A stretch of 64,000 nt of DNA from positions 363,901 through 427,900 of the forward strand of contig NMRA01000095.1 in assembly GCA_002633005.1 (NCBI GenBank), given 5' to 3'. A program made the position numbers and the translations under genes. This DNA is from Phoronis australis. Its lineage: Eukaryota > Animalia > Phoronida. The notes beneath the pieces are model-generated. The model made no database searches, was not told the DNA's origin, and saw only the letters and a list, made by a program, of their open reading frames with translations. This document shows, piece after piece, positions 23,798 to 35,252 of the stretch. Position 1 is the stretch's first letter; every line of letters begins with the position of its first letter.

Positions 23798-24306
23798 CTG
23801 CCCCTATGAAAAATTGGGTCGTCAAGACCACTATCTCTCAAAAACAATGTAACTAATTACAACAACCTATGAGTGTTCAAACAATTTAAATGAAAAAAGC
23901 TTATCGCTTTCTACTACATCAGTCCCTCCTATATGAAGATAGCAGCGAAAATCACGCGTTCCAAAGAACAATTAGATAAGAAACTATCACAGCTGACAAC
24001 CGACACAAAAAATTTCAGATGACCTGAAACAGTTTTGAAAGAAATTACATGACGTACTCAGTTGTAGCTTAGTTGTTTTTATTTACATGAAGGGCTTACA
24101 TAACACATATTAGCATGGGTTGCAACATACAACACAGTCGGGTCTCAATGCACTAAATATCGTCAGGGGGACCCAGTTAACTTTAGAACGCCAGAACGAT
24201 TGGGATTGACAATACTTGACAGCAGAATGAAAGAAGTTCACTTTCGTTTTTATTGGTTTAATTCTACTTCAGCCTGTGACAGGTGGGCTATCCTGGGAAT
24301 ATCACT

Positions 24307-24427
24307 GCTTGGATAATATTGTCTAAGCTTGGATAATGTTAGCCAAGCTTGGATAATGTTAGCCAAGCTTGGATAATATTAGCCAAGCTTGGATAATGTT
24401 AGCCAAGCTTGGATAATGTTAGCCAAG
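24307..24427. repeat. 20-bp minisatellite, 6 copies
   Basis: GCTTGGATAAT(G/A)TTAGCCAA tandem; junctions form the palindrome CCAAGCTTGG. Confidence 0.95.
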
Positions 24428-26377
24428 GTTGAATTACATAGTGTACCATTTTGCTTGATAAATCTTGACAGTAAGAAATATTCAAGCTCTGTAAATTGAG
24501 TGTCATGATACAACATAAAATCCCAGGCAAGGAGTGCAAATGGGTTAATTACATAGCATGGCACACTTCTCATGTATGGTACAAACCACTCTAACATAGA
24601 ATACAATATGGCAGGCAAGTGGCACTTTATTTTTGTATTTTTTCCATAAAAGATATGTAGCACCAAATTAATGTTCCTATAGCAACCACTGGAAATATTT
24701 CGAAAATATAGGAGTTTTCATAACTAGGTGAGAAATTCTTAAAAACGAAAAAGGGCAATTTTGGCAATTATTTTTGTCCGAGATTGGTGAAAATTTACCA
24801 TACACAGTTTTAACTAAAATTGAGTAATACATACTACAACGCAGGGAGAAATAAAAAATAACTAGAAACAACAGTAAAAAATAATTGATACATAGCTTAA
24901 TACATGCATTTCATTTGCATACAGAGAAAGAAAACTAAACCACTTTTATAAAATACCACTTTCGTCAGATATGTTTGCTCCCTTTTGCAGTACCTATGTA
25001 GGCAATCCAACAAGTACCTGTGAATAAACCAGTAGAGCCAGGCAACCCCACAACCACATGTGTATGAAGGGCTGTGTTGGAAGGTCACAATATTTTTAAT
25101 TTTTTCAATTTTGAAAATGAGTACAGGGGTTTGTTTCATGAAAACTGACTGGAGACTTAAGGGGGAGACAACCGCTTTTAGTGTCAATTTTGGCTAAGTT
25201 ACAAATTTCTAGTTATCCTAGGCTCTAATCAATTATGCATGCCTCACTCCTGAAGCTTGAGTGGTGTTTGTGGCACGAATCATACCCCGCCAACTTAGTT
25301 TATATGCACTTAGGGCTGTGGTTGACATTGGATGGGTCATTGTCTCAGTCAGCTTGTAAAAAGATAGACCCTTATTTGCATTTCTCTGAGTCTAATTCAG
25401 TATGCCTGGAAGTTCCTGCATACTAGTGGAAGGGTCACAGAGTACACCAGTTCTGTTTCACCGATTTCCAGCGGATAACAAAATTTGACTCAAACTTGGT
25501 TTGTTTGTGTCCAGAATGAAGCCTTGATGTTAACGCCACGGCTAACCCACAGAAAACTACTATGTATTCAGCAAACATCTCCTCATGTCGGATTATGAAA
25601 TGGACATGTACAAAAGATCATGAGGATATCTGCTACAAACATGTTTTGAAGACGGATGCCATACCGTTAGTATTTCCCCTATCTGCTCTGTCATTACCCG
25701 CTATTAGCGCTTTTTTGAAATGCAAAGCGTCATGAGCTGCAGCCACTGTAATGACTTAAGGTCATGACCTTGGTTTCACTTGTCCATGTGTACAGTCAAC
25801 GCAGCATTCAAGGCCAGCAACTAGCATAGCTTCAATATGTACGGGATTCCTGTTTTGTGAACGCGGACTTCAGTCAATGGCTGGTCACTGCAGATCAAAC
25901 AGTGGTTGAATCACATTCAGCTGAGTTCTAGTTAAATCTAGGATTGTCCGCGAATACTTCTGGAATGCAAACAATTACGGAATTTTCTGGAACATAGCAT
26001 GCAATCAACAGATGTCCTCATTGAATCATCGCACTGACAAAGCTGACAGGGAATGTTTTAGGCTGCAAACTTCACTTCTGGAGTGATACAAGCATAATTA
26101 ATTAACACGAAAGGAATTTAATTAACTCGAAAATTAATCCAAGAGGATAACCAGAAAATTGTGATTTCACCCCAAAAAAATTGGTGTCAACACACTATGT
26201 TTGAAAAATAATTTGATCTCACTTCAACAACATACAAATTGCCGGTGAATGCATCGTTAGTTGCAGCTAAACTAAATAATTTTTATAAAATATTGCTAGG
26301 TGCTTATGATTAAACAGAAACAATATTTCTGTATATGGAAGTGGGAGCCTAAGACCAAATCTTTAATCAAAGTTTAA

Positions 26378-26420
26378 CACTTATACATGTCACTTATACA
26401 TGTCACTTATACATGTCACT
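26378..26420. repeat. 13-bp tandem repeat x3.3
   Basis: CACTTATACATGT repeated. Confidence 0.9.
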
Positions 26421-27569
26421 TTTCACCAAACAGGTCTCAGGTATTCAAAAAGCCATTGTAGTAGGGCCGTCCCGAATTACAAAGTGGTAGAACTCTTCTT
26501 TGTCCTACAGATAAGAAAGAACATGACCTCCTTTTGGAAATCACACACATTTTTGTGTCTCTTATTGATGTCGGGAAGGCAAAGAATTTCAAAGCACGCA
26601 TCCACGGGTAAATGTCCAGTTTGTCAAACTTTCTCACGTCGGAGTTGCAGCCCCACAGCACAGCAGTAATACTTTGTTGGCATTGAGAAGATGAATAGAG
26701 TAATGCGACCGAAAAAAACTTGTAAAGAATGAGACAACAATAAAATAACGTGCCAACTCCAATGGCATGAGATTGAGGTAGCAAATGGACCTGGCGGATG
26801 TCTACGGCATTGTGGGTAAATACAGCGAGTTTCAGGTGATGCTGTGTTATCAGGGACAGCCCTATTGTCAATGCACTCAAGTAAACCAGATGCTGAAAAG
26901 GGGTTGTGTAAGACAGCATCTGTTTGCACACATACAGTATACAACTGACATCCAGAACCTATACAAGACAATTTATATAAGTGCTATTGCACACTACAAT
27001 GGCTTCGGTCTATTGTAGCTTCTTCAGACTAGTTCTCTCACATAAGTTTGGAAGGACACACGCAGTTGTGCAAGCACTGGCGATTGTTGTGATCTTTATC
27101 AGAAGGCGTCGTACATACCTAACCAACAGAAGCTCTACTAGAAAAATGAAACGCCAGAATTTTCAACATTCAAGAAATGCATGAGATTCATTTTGAATTG
27201 TGGACGGTAAAATTTGACTTTTGGCAGACTTTCTTACAGCGGTTCCAAACCCCGCCTTCCATCACAAACATTAACTTTTCATTTAGACCATTTAACATTA
27301 CAAAACATGGTCTCAAATTGTTCCTCAGTAAAACAGGAAATGATGTCAACCATTCAAAAGAACTAACAGTTTGTTTTCGCAAAAGATCCGTTTCTACACG
27401 TTGGCTGTCATGGACTCAAAAAATAGTCAATTACATAATCTTTGCAAAGCCAGAAACTGGTTCTCATCCAAGTAAGAAACAAATTGAGACCACGTTTACA
27501 GTAGTAAGTGATCTAAATCAAAATTCGCTTCTTGGACCGACGGCAGAGAACTCACCGCCGCTTTAACAT

Positions 27570-29195
27570 TTAGTAATCTTCGACACTTTCTGAATCCTGC
27601 CCAGCATTACTGTTGTTTCCGTGTATCTTCTTAACATGTTGGCACAAGTGCTGAGAGTACTTAAAGAGCTTGCCACAGAACGAACAGGCCAGTTTAAACT
27701 CATCGTTATGTACAGCTTGCATGTGGATATTAAGATCGTGACGCGTGCCATAACCTTTACAACAAATTTCGCATTGGAACGGTTTCTCGGCCAAGTGCGT
27801 CGTGGCGTGACGACGCATGCGGTATGACGTAGGGAACTTCTTTTCACAGTACAGGCACTGGACAAGGTTACCTTCGTCGTTGTGTTTCTCACGAATGTGT
27901 GAGCGTAAATGCTGTGGATACTTGAACACCTTCTTGCAGTAATCACAAGCGTACTTGCTGTCACTGTGATAAGCGTCAATGTGCTGCGCAAGGCTTGACG
28001 CAGCTGTGTACGACCTCGGACACAGCGTGCATTTGTGAGGCTTATCGACTCCGTGTACCATCTCATGGCGCCGCAGGCGTGTTGCATTAGGGAAGCCCTT
28101 ATTGCAAACTTTACAAACGTGGGTGTCACACTGACTGGCCAAGTCCAAATGTTTCTCCTTTACGTGGTTCAGCAAGTAATGTGGGTAAGAGAACTGTTTA
28201 CTGCAGTACTGGCACGACACTCTCTCCTGTTTGTGCACAGCCAGAATGTGCCTGCTGAGTTCTGATGGAGTGTGGTACCCCTTATCACACTCTTCGCATT
28301 GGTACGCCCTCTGCCCCGTGTGCTTCGTCTCGTGACGTTTCCATGAGGTCCGATGATAGAACCCTTGTCCACAATGTGTGCAGAAGTACGTCTTCTTCAG
28401 TTGTATCCTATTGTGGTTTCTCTCGTGTCGCTTCCCCGACTCTCGATTGAGAAACTGCTTGTCGCAAATGGTACACGTGTACGCTGGAGGCCGTATTTCA
28501 CCCCAACTTGCCACACTGGCTCCTTGCTCAACCACACTGGCTCCTTGCTCAACCACACTGGTCGGCTGTGTTGTTGTACGTATCTCATTATCCAATAAGG
28601 AAGCCTTGGTAATACTGCCATGGGTTTTAACATGAGTGAAAAGTTCAGACTCTTGAGAAAACGAGTCGCCACACACTGTACATAAGTAGGGGAGGTCAGA
28701 ATTGTCTGTAAATTGTAAACCATTCTTCTCCATTTCAGCTTTGATATTCTCCCCGGCTGAAGTACTGTCGCTATACATGCCTATACCACCAAGATCTGTA
28801 TGATCATTGCCCTTGGCCAGTTGCTTCTGTCCGGAGCTTCTTAACTGATGTTCGACAATATGACTAGTGTTAGGTGAAGGTCGCACATAACACAACTTTG
28901 ACCTTGAGTTACCATCCTCTTCTTTGACAAGTGATTGGTGACATACAGCCTGACATCTGTCAATCATGCTCAACGTCTCAGTAACTATCTGAGGCAGACA
29001 CCTGCTGACATTAGAGCCTAAATCCATCCTATTTGGAGACCTTACACCACTGGCAGCAAAATTGGTATCCGCCTTCAAACTAGAAAGAGTCATGTGACTT
29101 TCTGAAGCATTGCCTGCATACTCACGGGGCATTGCATTCTCCATGAGTTGCTCCAGATGAACTTGAAACTCTTTACTATCCAAGGCCGGATTCAT
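27570..29195 (-). CDS. C2H2 zinc-finger protein, 11 fingers, about 541 aa, single coding exon
   Basis: First ATG at 29195 (gtgaccATGa); 11 CxxC-x12-H-x3/4-H fingers with TGQRAY/GVDKPH/LAEKPF linkers; minus-strand acceptor ttgcatttcag just upstream (exon starts at 29292), so the 5' UTR is spliced. Confidence 0.95.
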   Translation of the reverse strand: MNPALDSKEFQVHLEQLMENAMPREYAGNASESHMTLSSLKADTNFAASGVRSPNRMDLGSNVSRCLPQIVTETLSMIDRCQAVCHQSLVKEEDGNSRSKLCYVRPSPNTSHIVEHQLRSSGQKQLAKGNDHTDLGGIGMYSDSTSAGENIKAEMEKNGLQFTDNSDLPYLCTVCGDSFSQESELFTHVKTHGSITKASLLDNEIRTTTQPTSVVEQGASVVEQGASVASWGEIRPPAYTCTICDKQFLNRESGKRHERNHNRIQLKKTYFCTHCGQGFYHRTSWKRHETKHTGQRAYQCEECDKGYHTPSELSRHILAVHKQERVSCQYCSKQFSYPHYLLNHVKEKHLDLASQCDTHVCKVCNKGFPNATRLRRHEMVHGVDKPHKCTLCPRSYTAASSLAQHIDAYHSDSKYACDYCKKVFKYPQHLRSHIREKHNDEGNLVQCLYCEKKFPTSYRMRRHATTHLAEKPFQCEICCKGYGTRHDLNIHMQAVHNDEFKLACSFCGKLFKYSQHLCQHVKKIHGNNSNAGQDSESVEDY

Positions 29196-30108
29196 GGTCA
29201 CAGCCTGTGCTTGTTAACAAGCTGCAATGCTCTTCATGTAGTTCTTTATCACGACGGCGGTGGTTGTTGCTTAAAATTTCGCAACAAAAGCCCTGAAATG
29301 CAAAGTGGAAGATATGAATAAATAAAATAAGACTCATCACCCGTTTCTCAAAACTTTTTTTGTGCTTAGACTTTTACTACAAGTAATAAGGCACACCACG
29401 TACAAACAGCTTTTGACTTTTGTCACTTCGTTTTCTAATCTTCCACAAGGTTACAGTTGGCACAAAGTTACACCTGGCACAAGCTAGGGGCTAAAGTACT
29501 TCTGGACATAGTACTTTTACTTGTAAATTTTAAAATAAAAGAGTGAGTGCTTGTAATGATTTGTGTCAAGTGTCATGTAACAATGTGAGGTTTGAACAAA
29601 TACTTCAGTAATTAAGATTCATTTGCCGTCATACCCCTTGGTGCGAGCAGTGTAAAAATGGCAAGTTGCCGATTTGGGTAACTGAATGAGGGACTGTTCG
29701 AAAAAAGTTTGATTGTGGGAGAATTTCTTCAAACTGGGAAGAGTTAAATACATCAACAGTCTCTTAAGGTGTTCCTCTATGTGCAAAAGGTACTTATAGC
29801 ACCACTGGTCGGATATAGGGGACCCTGATTTAGAGAACCAGTTTCATTCACTGAGTAACAGGCCCATTATTCAGAGATTGTCTGGTTCTCTAAGTTAGGG
29901 TCCACCATAGTACTATACTGACTAGCCTTGGTGTAAAGCTGTATACTAAATATACAGCTGCCACCATCTCTCTCGAGGTGTCGCAAAGAATTCAGGAAAT
30001 GGCGCATGCGCATCTCATGAGGGTACTGTTTTCAAAACAACAAACTTGTCTTCGATACAAAAGGCAGAGAATTACGCAAGAAAATGATGTTTAATATATT
30101 AATTTTCA

Positions 30109-30272
30109 CTTAAAGGGCAGTATCAGGCAAGGTGAGTGTCGGTTGACTCCCGTATTTTGCATGCAACCCCGCCAGTTGTTACTGTAGTAATAGCCCAGAA
30201 TACCCGACCCGGGGATTGAACCAGCGACCCCCATAACACCGGCAAGTGTGCTAACCATTCAGCTAATAGGTA
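30109..30272 (-). mobile_element. tRNA-derived SINE-like element
   Basis: Minus strand: TAGCTGAATGGTTAGC (A box) ... GGTTCAATCCCCGG (B box), followed by a ~90-nt non-tRNA tail ending ccctttaa; no proper cloverleaf. Confidence 0.7.
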
Positions 30273-30465
30273 ATTGCCCCATGTACAACATTACTCTACA
30301 TGTTTATGTAAGTTTCACGACGAGGTGACAAGCAGAACTACTCGGACTGTGCGAAATTTAGGGATCTAATGGAGCTTAACACACAGTGGTACCTAGCTGG
30401 CTGGCTATATACTGACCAAAGGCTTTAGCAACATACTTTGACGATTTAATCAGTATGAGTATGAG

Positions 30466-31551
30466 CAGGGCTCGACGCTATTAAAATCGCCAGGTCGCAT
30501 TTTGCGACCTAGCCAAAATCCCAGGTCGCGTTTTCAAAATCCAGCACGCGTTCGTAAATGCCAGGTCGCAAAATTTCCCCGCCATTTCACACGCCAAAAT
30601 TGATTTTTTAGATCACCGAGAAAATGTTTGGATTATGCTCTTACCTGCAGCGTTAAATACTCACAAATTTCAGATTGCAAAATTGACTTCGTTCATGCAA
30701 GTACAGCGTTAAGTTCTTCACGACCGCCATTGAAACGCTCTAGAGCGCAAGGCAAGTTGCCAACGTGAAAGTTGAATCAGTGCTCTCTAACTGAAACGTA
30801 CATTCAAGTAGCTAAGTTTGCGATTTGAAAAGGGAGAAATGTCCGTCGAAAAAGTATCTGGGATTTTGCTAGGTCTGACCTGCTACTGGCTGTCATCAAA
30901 GTCGTTGAAGATTCAAACTAACTTGGAGGGCAAATTCCCTGCACTTTTTGTTTGCAGCCCAAATTTTGCAATTTAACTTGACGTGTGAAATGGTGCCCTA
31001 ACTGAATGACCTATTTGGATGCGTGGGAACAATTCAGTGCAAATTTCACAACAAAAATGTGGTTCTTATGCTGTTTACATTTTCAACAATTAGTTTTTTA
31101 TGAAATGAATAGCCTCGAAATAATTCCCGACTCCCTCCGTGCGGGTTTCCATCGGGTAATGGCGAGTTTGCTCCTCAGTACCTCCCAAGTACAGGAAAAA
31201 TAGGTCAGTCAAAACGAAACGCTTGTCACTAGTGTTAACTTTCTTTCGGATCGTCAAAGATCGATTCTGCATATCTCATGTTAACGCGACTTACTTACAG
31301 GTCATCGAGAGGGCTGTTCATGATTAGTGTTCTTTTGAACTTGGATTTGGCAACAACCAAGTAACGGTCAGATTAACAACAGTCGCTTTATATTTGCCTG
31401 GTATCTGCCGAGAAGTGTGAAAACTCAGCTCACATTTGTTGTGAATTCCAGGTCGCATTTTGGGACTTGATACGACCTGACAAAAATCTCATCTCGCATT
31501 TCCAAATTTCAGGTCGCAAATGCGACCTGCAGCTCATTATGACGAGCCCTG
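30466..31551. mobile_element. 1086-bp non-autonomous DNA transposon, hAT-like CAGGG termini, 5-bp TSD ATGAG
   Basis: Ends CAGGGCTCG ... CGAGCCCTG; subterminal CAGGTCGCATTT(T)GCGACCT palindromes at both ends; ATGAG at 30461-30465 and 31552-31556. Confidence 0.85.
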
Positions 31552-31846
31552 ATGAGGCACAATTCGCCAAAAAACGTCCGGCATATGGAGGGCCTATGGG
31601 ATGACTGGAGCCAGTTGAGGTGGTGGTACTGTCTACATCTACCCGTTCATGGATGGATTGCTGAACAAACAAAATCACTACAACAACAAGTACAAACCAC
31701 CACGTCGAATGACATCAGTCGGACACTTGCATTCACTGATTCAGTATCAATCTGTTTGGAAGACAAACATGTTGTCCGGCATGTCATTACTTAATAATCA
31801 CTGTAATGACTACATATTAAACCAAAGACGTTAGAAGACCACTCAC

Positions 31847-31920
31847 CGAGTAACAATGAAACACAAAGAAAATAACCCAGACTGCAGATATTAATGAGCA
31901 GATGCATTACTTCCGGAAAC
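31847..31920 (-). promoter_or_regulatory. Candidate first (non-coding) exon and promoter of the zinc-finger gene
   Basis: Minus-strand donor CTCG|GTGAGT at 31847/31846 and an ETS-type palindrome ACTTCCGGAA at ~31909; inference only. Confidence 0.35.
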
Positions 31921-34404
31921 AACATAAAACGTTTTCATGTCACGGAGAGCTCAAAAACGATGGTCCTTTGTTGAATATTATCTGACAGGTGTTGGGGGAG
32001 CGTTGCCGGGGCGGGAAATTGTGGCAGTGCGGATGAGGCCACACTACAGTATAGTTTCAAAGAGTTTACAACTGGCAAGAGTACACCTCACCCTTTCAGA
32101 CAGTTAACATGATTCATGCATCTATGAAATAGTACAGTACACTTTCGAAGGGTTTCTACGATAACATTGCTCCTTTCACTAACACCGAATTACAGTCACG
32201 ATGACATCGAAATCCGTGTCCGAGTAGGCCTACTGAATAGGCCCTCCTGCTGGTCAATTTCGGGACTCGACTCCCAGGGCACGATTGATTGGCCTATTGC
32301 CGCCCCCTGCAACAGTGGCTGGCCAAACTAATAAATAAAATCATAAGTTCTTTAGTACTCCTGACAAAAAACAAGGGACTCGGTGATTTGTAAAGTTCTT
32401 AATTCATCCTTTGGCGAACTTGAAGCGGGATTTTGGAAAAGGGCACCCGGCTTTCATAGAGAACAATCGTCTGGAAAAAACGCCCATTCTCTAAGTACGT
32501 CCGCAGGCCTATCCGTGACAGCCGAGTCTCATGCACCAGAAACTTAGTATGCCCGGAACGATTCAACAAAATTTCACGTGAGAGACACTTTTTCACTTTG
32601 TTACGCGTCATGATTTTGACTCCTGACTTTCAAGCGCGTACCAATCGCTCCTCGTATTTTAAATTTATTTTATTATGGTTCAGTTTTGGGGTGGGGTTTT
32701 GGGAGTACCTCATAGATTGCCTAGGCTTTTCAAAATCACTTGTGAAACACGGTCGTCAATCCAAGCTTTCCTGAGAGGCCTTTGTTTCCTATTCGGAGAA
32801 GTTAATACCCCGCGGGCTGTCGTTAGTCGCCCAACGTCATAGTCCTCACTCTTTCACCACTGCACAAACTATCGTATTCTTCAAACTGAGAAATTAACTG
32901 TTTCTTTGAACAAGTTGTCGTAATTTTGTTCAGACGTTATTATTTTTTACCTAAACATCATTCAAGAACTATGAATGGACTCACCGGAGGCAGCCCAAGA
33001 TTTATTATCTCAGCGGCGAAGGATGTTAAAGTTGTGTCTCCGATGAGTTGCCAGCAATCACTGGTACGGTGCGCGGCTTTAGACGCTTTGCGGCTGAGTT
33101 TAAAATCTTTTATAGGCCCAACTATCCCCAATTCCCGTACCAGGATGAATTTCAAAAATATCTTGACTTGTTTGCGTCAGATGTGATGTGCGACGTCTAT
33201 GTTGAAACTGCGCCATATTTTAATATCGGGGATGACGAAGTAGCTGATTGTATATAGTTCTCTGTTGAGACATGATTGTGAATAGTTTCACCTCTTCTTT
33301 GCGTTTCAATCTCTGGCTTAGAAAGGTTGCAGAGTTGCCATTCCGTAAATTGATTGCTGTTTCTTGATAAATATATCGTATAGCTACATATGAGAGCTGT
33401 CTGAGAGGCCGTTTGGTATGTTTGTTTTTTTGATTTCTCAACTCGAGGAAATTCATTAGCTTTTGTGAAACAACGTACTGAAACAACGTCAAAACTGTGA
33501 TACTAAACTACATGTGAGTAACCTACGCAACAACTGGGTAGGCCTACCGTTGCGATTTATTTCATTGGCCGGGCCCGGGTAATCCGTCAACCTTCAATAC
33601 AATCTTTCTCGTCCTTAAGTCACTCTTCAATGTCAATGTTTATTTTCAAACCATATGTGACTTTTATGTTTTTATTAAAGTCATTGCCGTCATTGTCACA
33701 GTTTCTGCCACGCAAGATTCTTGACGTTCGACCAGTATCCTCACCGTCGTCACGACCTCCACCTGTCGCTGAGTTATAGCCACCCCGCGGCGGGTGTAGT
33801 TTCGGAAAAAATGTCGCAGTTGCAGCCAAGAATAAGAAACTGCGAGAACCTTTTGCCTGCTTTTACCAACTCAACAACTTATTTGCTTGAGGGTTGGCTT
33901 AACTCGAAGTGAACTCTGAAGCGATTTCTTCAGGCCGGTGGTTGTCATATGTTTCACGGTGTTCTTGGTAACCGGAAGAACCCCGCTATCACTGGGTGAG
34001 ACCAATGTTACGAGAGTAAAGGACCTACTTAATTCGATTTTCATTTTTAGTCAGCTTGACAGGGCCAAAATGCAGTTTTAAGTTTGTAAAAAAGATTTTT
34101 CTTATACTTGTACACAACTACGTAGCTTAAATACTAAAACAGTTGGACCCCATTTAATTGTAAGTAAAAAAGTAAAACACACGTGTGTAAGGATTATGAT
34201 TCAGGGTTGAAAAAACGACGTGTAACAAAATTCAAGACTAAATGAATCTATATTTGCTTCATGAATTTAGCTATGATTACAAAAGTGATCGGATGTGACA
34301 AACAAACTGGCCACTGAGTTGGTTTTACATTGCTCAGCCGGTCGCCAGCGAGACCACTGAGACCATGCTCGTCCCGGCGTAAGCACCGGCCAGCGCAGGA
34401 TAAG

Positions 34405-34842
34405 TGAAAAATCAAATTCATGTATTTCAACATTTAAGGCCTTGGCCCACATGTTACATAAAGTTTACAGGATAACGCTGAGCAGCTTTTCCCTGAGAGC
34501 AGTGGCGTGAAATACAAATTTCATTAGATTAATCTGAGCAATGGGCTCCGACATTTTCATAAGTTTTACAAATTTATGTTTATTTGGTTCACGCCAGCAC
34601 CACTCAGGTATAAATGCAGTTCTCAGAGAGCAGTACATTTTACAAACACATATAAAATGGTATTCATCTTCAATTAGGGACACACAGAAACAACACACAC
34701 GGTATTTTTGGTCCACGAGAGTATGTCTACCTTTCTCTATCATCAAGTTGTGGTTGGAGCAACGTAATTTAGCCATAGCTGCTAAAAAGATATATGGAAT
34801 ATCACGCAACAGATAGGATTCCATTTCAAAATCAATTTTAAA
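34405..34842 (-). mobile_element. 3' end of a non-LTR retrotransposon ORF (C-terminal CCHC region, RTE-X/CR1-like), running into the gap
   Basis: KLRCSNHNLMIEKGRH...RVCCFC...EDEYHFICVCKMYCSLR is the typical post-RT LINE C-terminus; stop at 34465; tail ...aatttgattttt. Confidence 0.85.
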
Positions 34843-35252
34843 NNNNNNNNNNNNNNNNNNNNNNNNNNNNNNNNNNNNNNNNNNNNNNNNNNNNNNNNNN
34901 NNNNNNNNNNNNNNNNNNNNNNNNNNNNNNNNNNNNNNNNNNNNNNNNNNNNNNNNNNNNNNNNNNNNNNNNNNNNNNNNNNNNNNNNNNNNNNNNNNNN
35001 NNNNNNNNNNNNNNNNNNNNNNNNNNNNNNNNNNNNNNNNNNNNNNNNNNNNNNNNNNNNNNNNNNNNNNNNNNNNNNNNNNNNNNNNNNNNNNNNNNNN
35101 NNNNNNNNNNNNNNNNNNNNNNNNNNNNNNNNNNNNNNNNNNNNNNNNNNNNNNNNNNNNNNNNNNNNNNNNNNNNNNNNNNNNNNNNNNNNNNNNNNNN
35201 NNNNNNNNNNNNNNNNNNNNNNNNNNNNNNNNNNNNNNNNNNNNNNNNNNNN
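34843..35252. other. Assembly gap (N run)
   Basis: About 410 consecutive N. Confidence 0.99.

Noticed and set aside
24307-24427. Palindromic 20-bp repeats as CRISPR or operator array
   Set aside because: No spacers; simple tandem repeat.
26400-27566. Cluster of 65-164-aa ORFs downstream of the zinc-finger stop
   Set aside because: No recognisable motifs or consistent splice structure; most likely 3' UTR or intergenic sequence.
27563-28723. Several overlapping ORFs (188, 108, 85, 81 aa and others)
   Set aside because: Alternative-frame or antisense shadows of the zinc-finger CDS.
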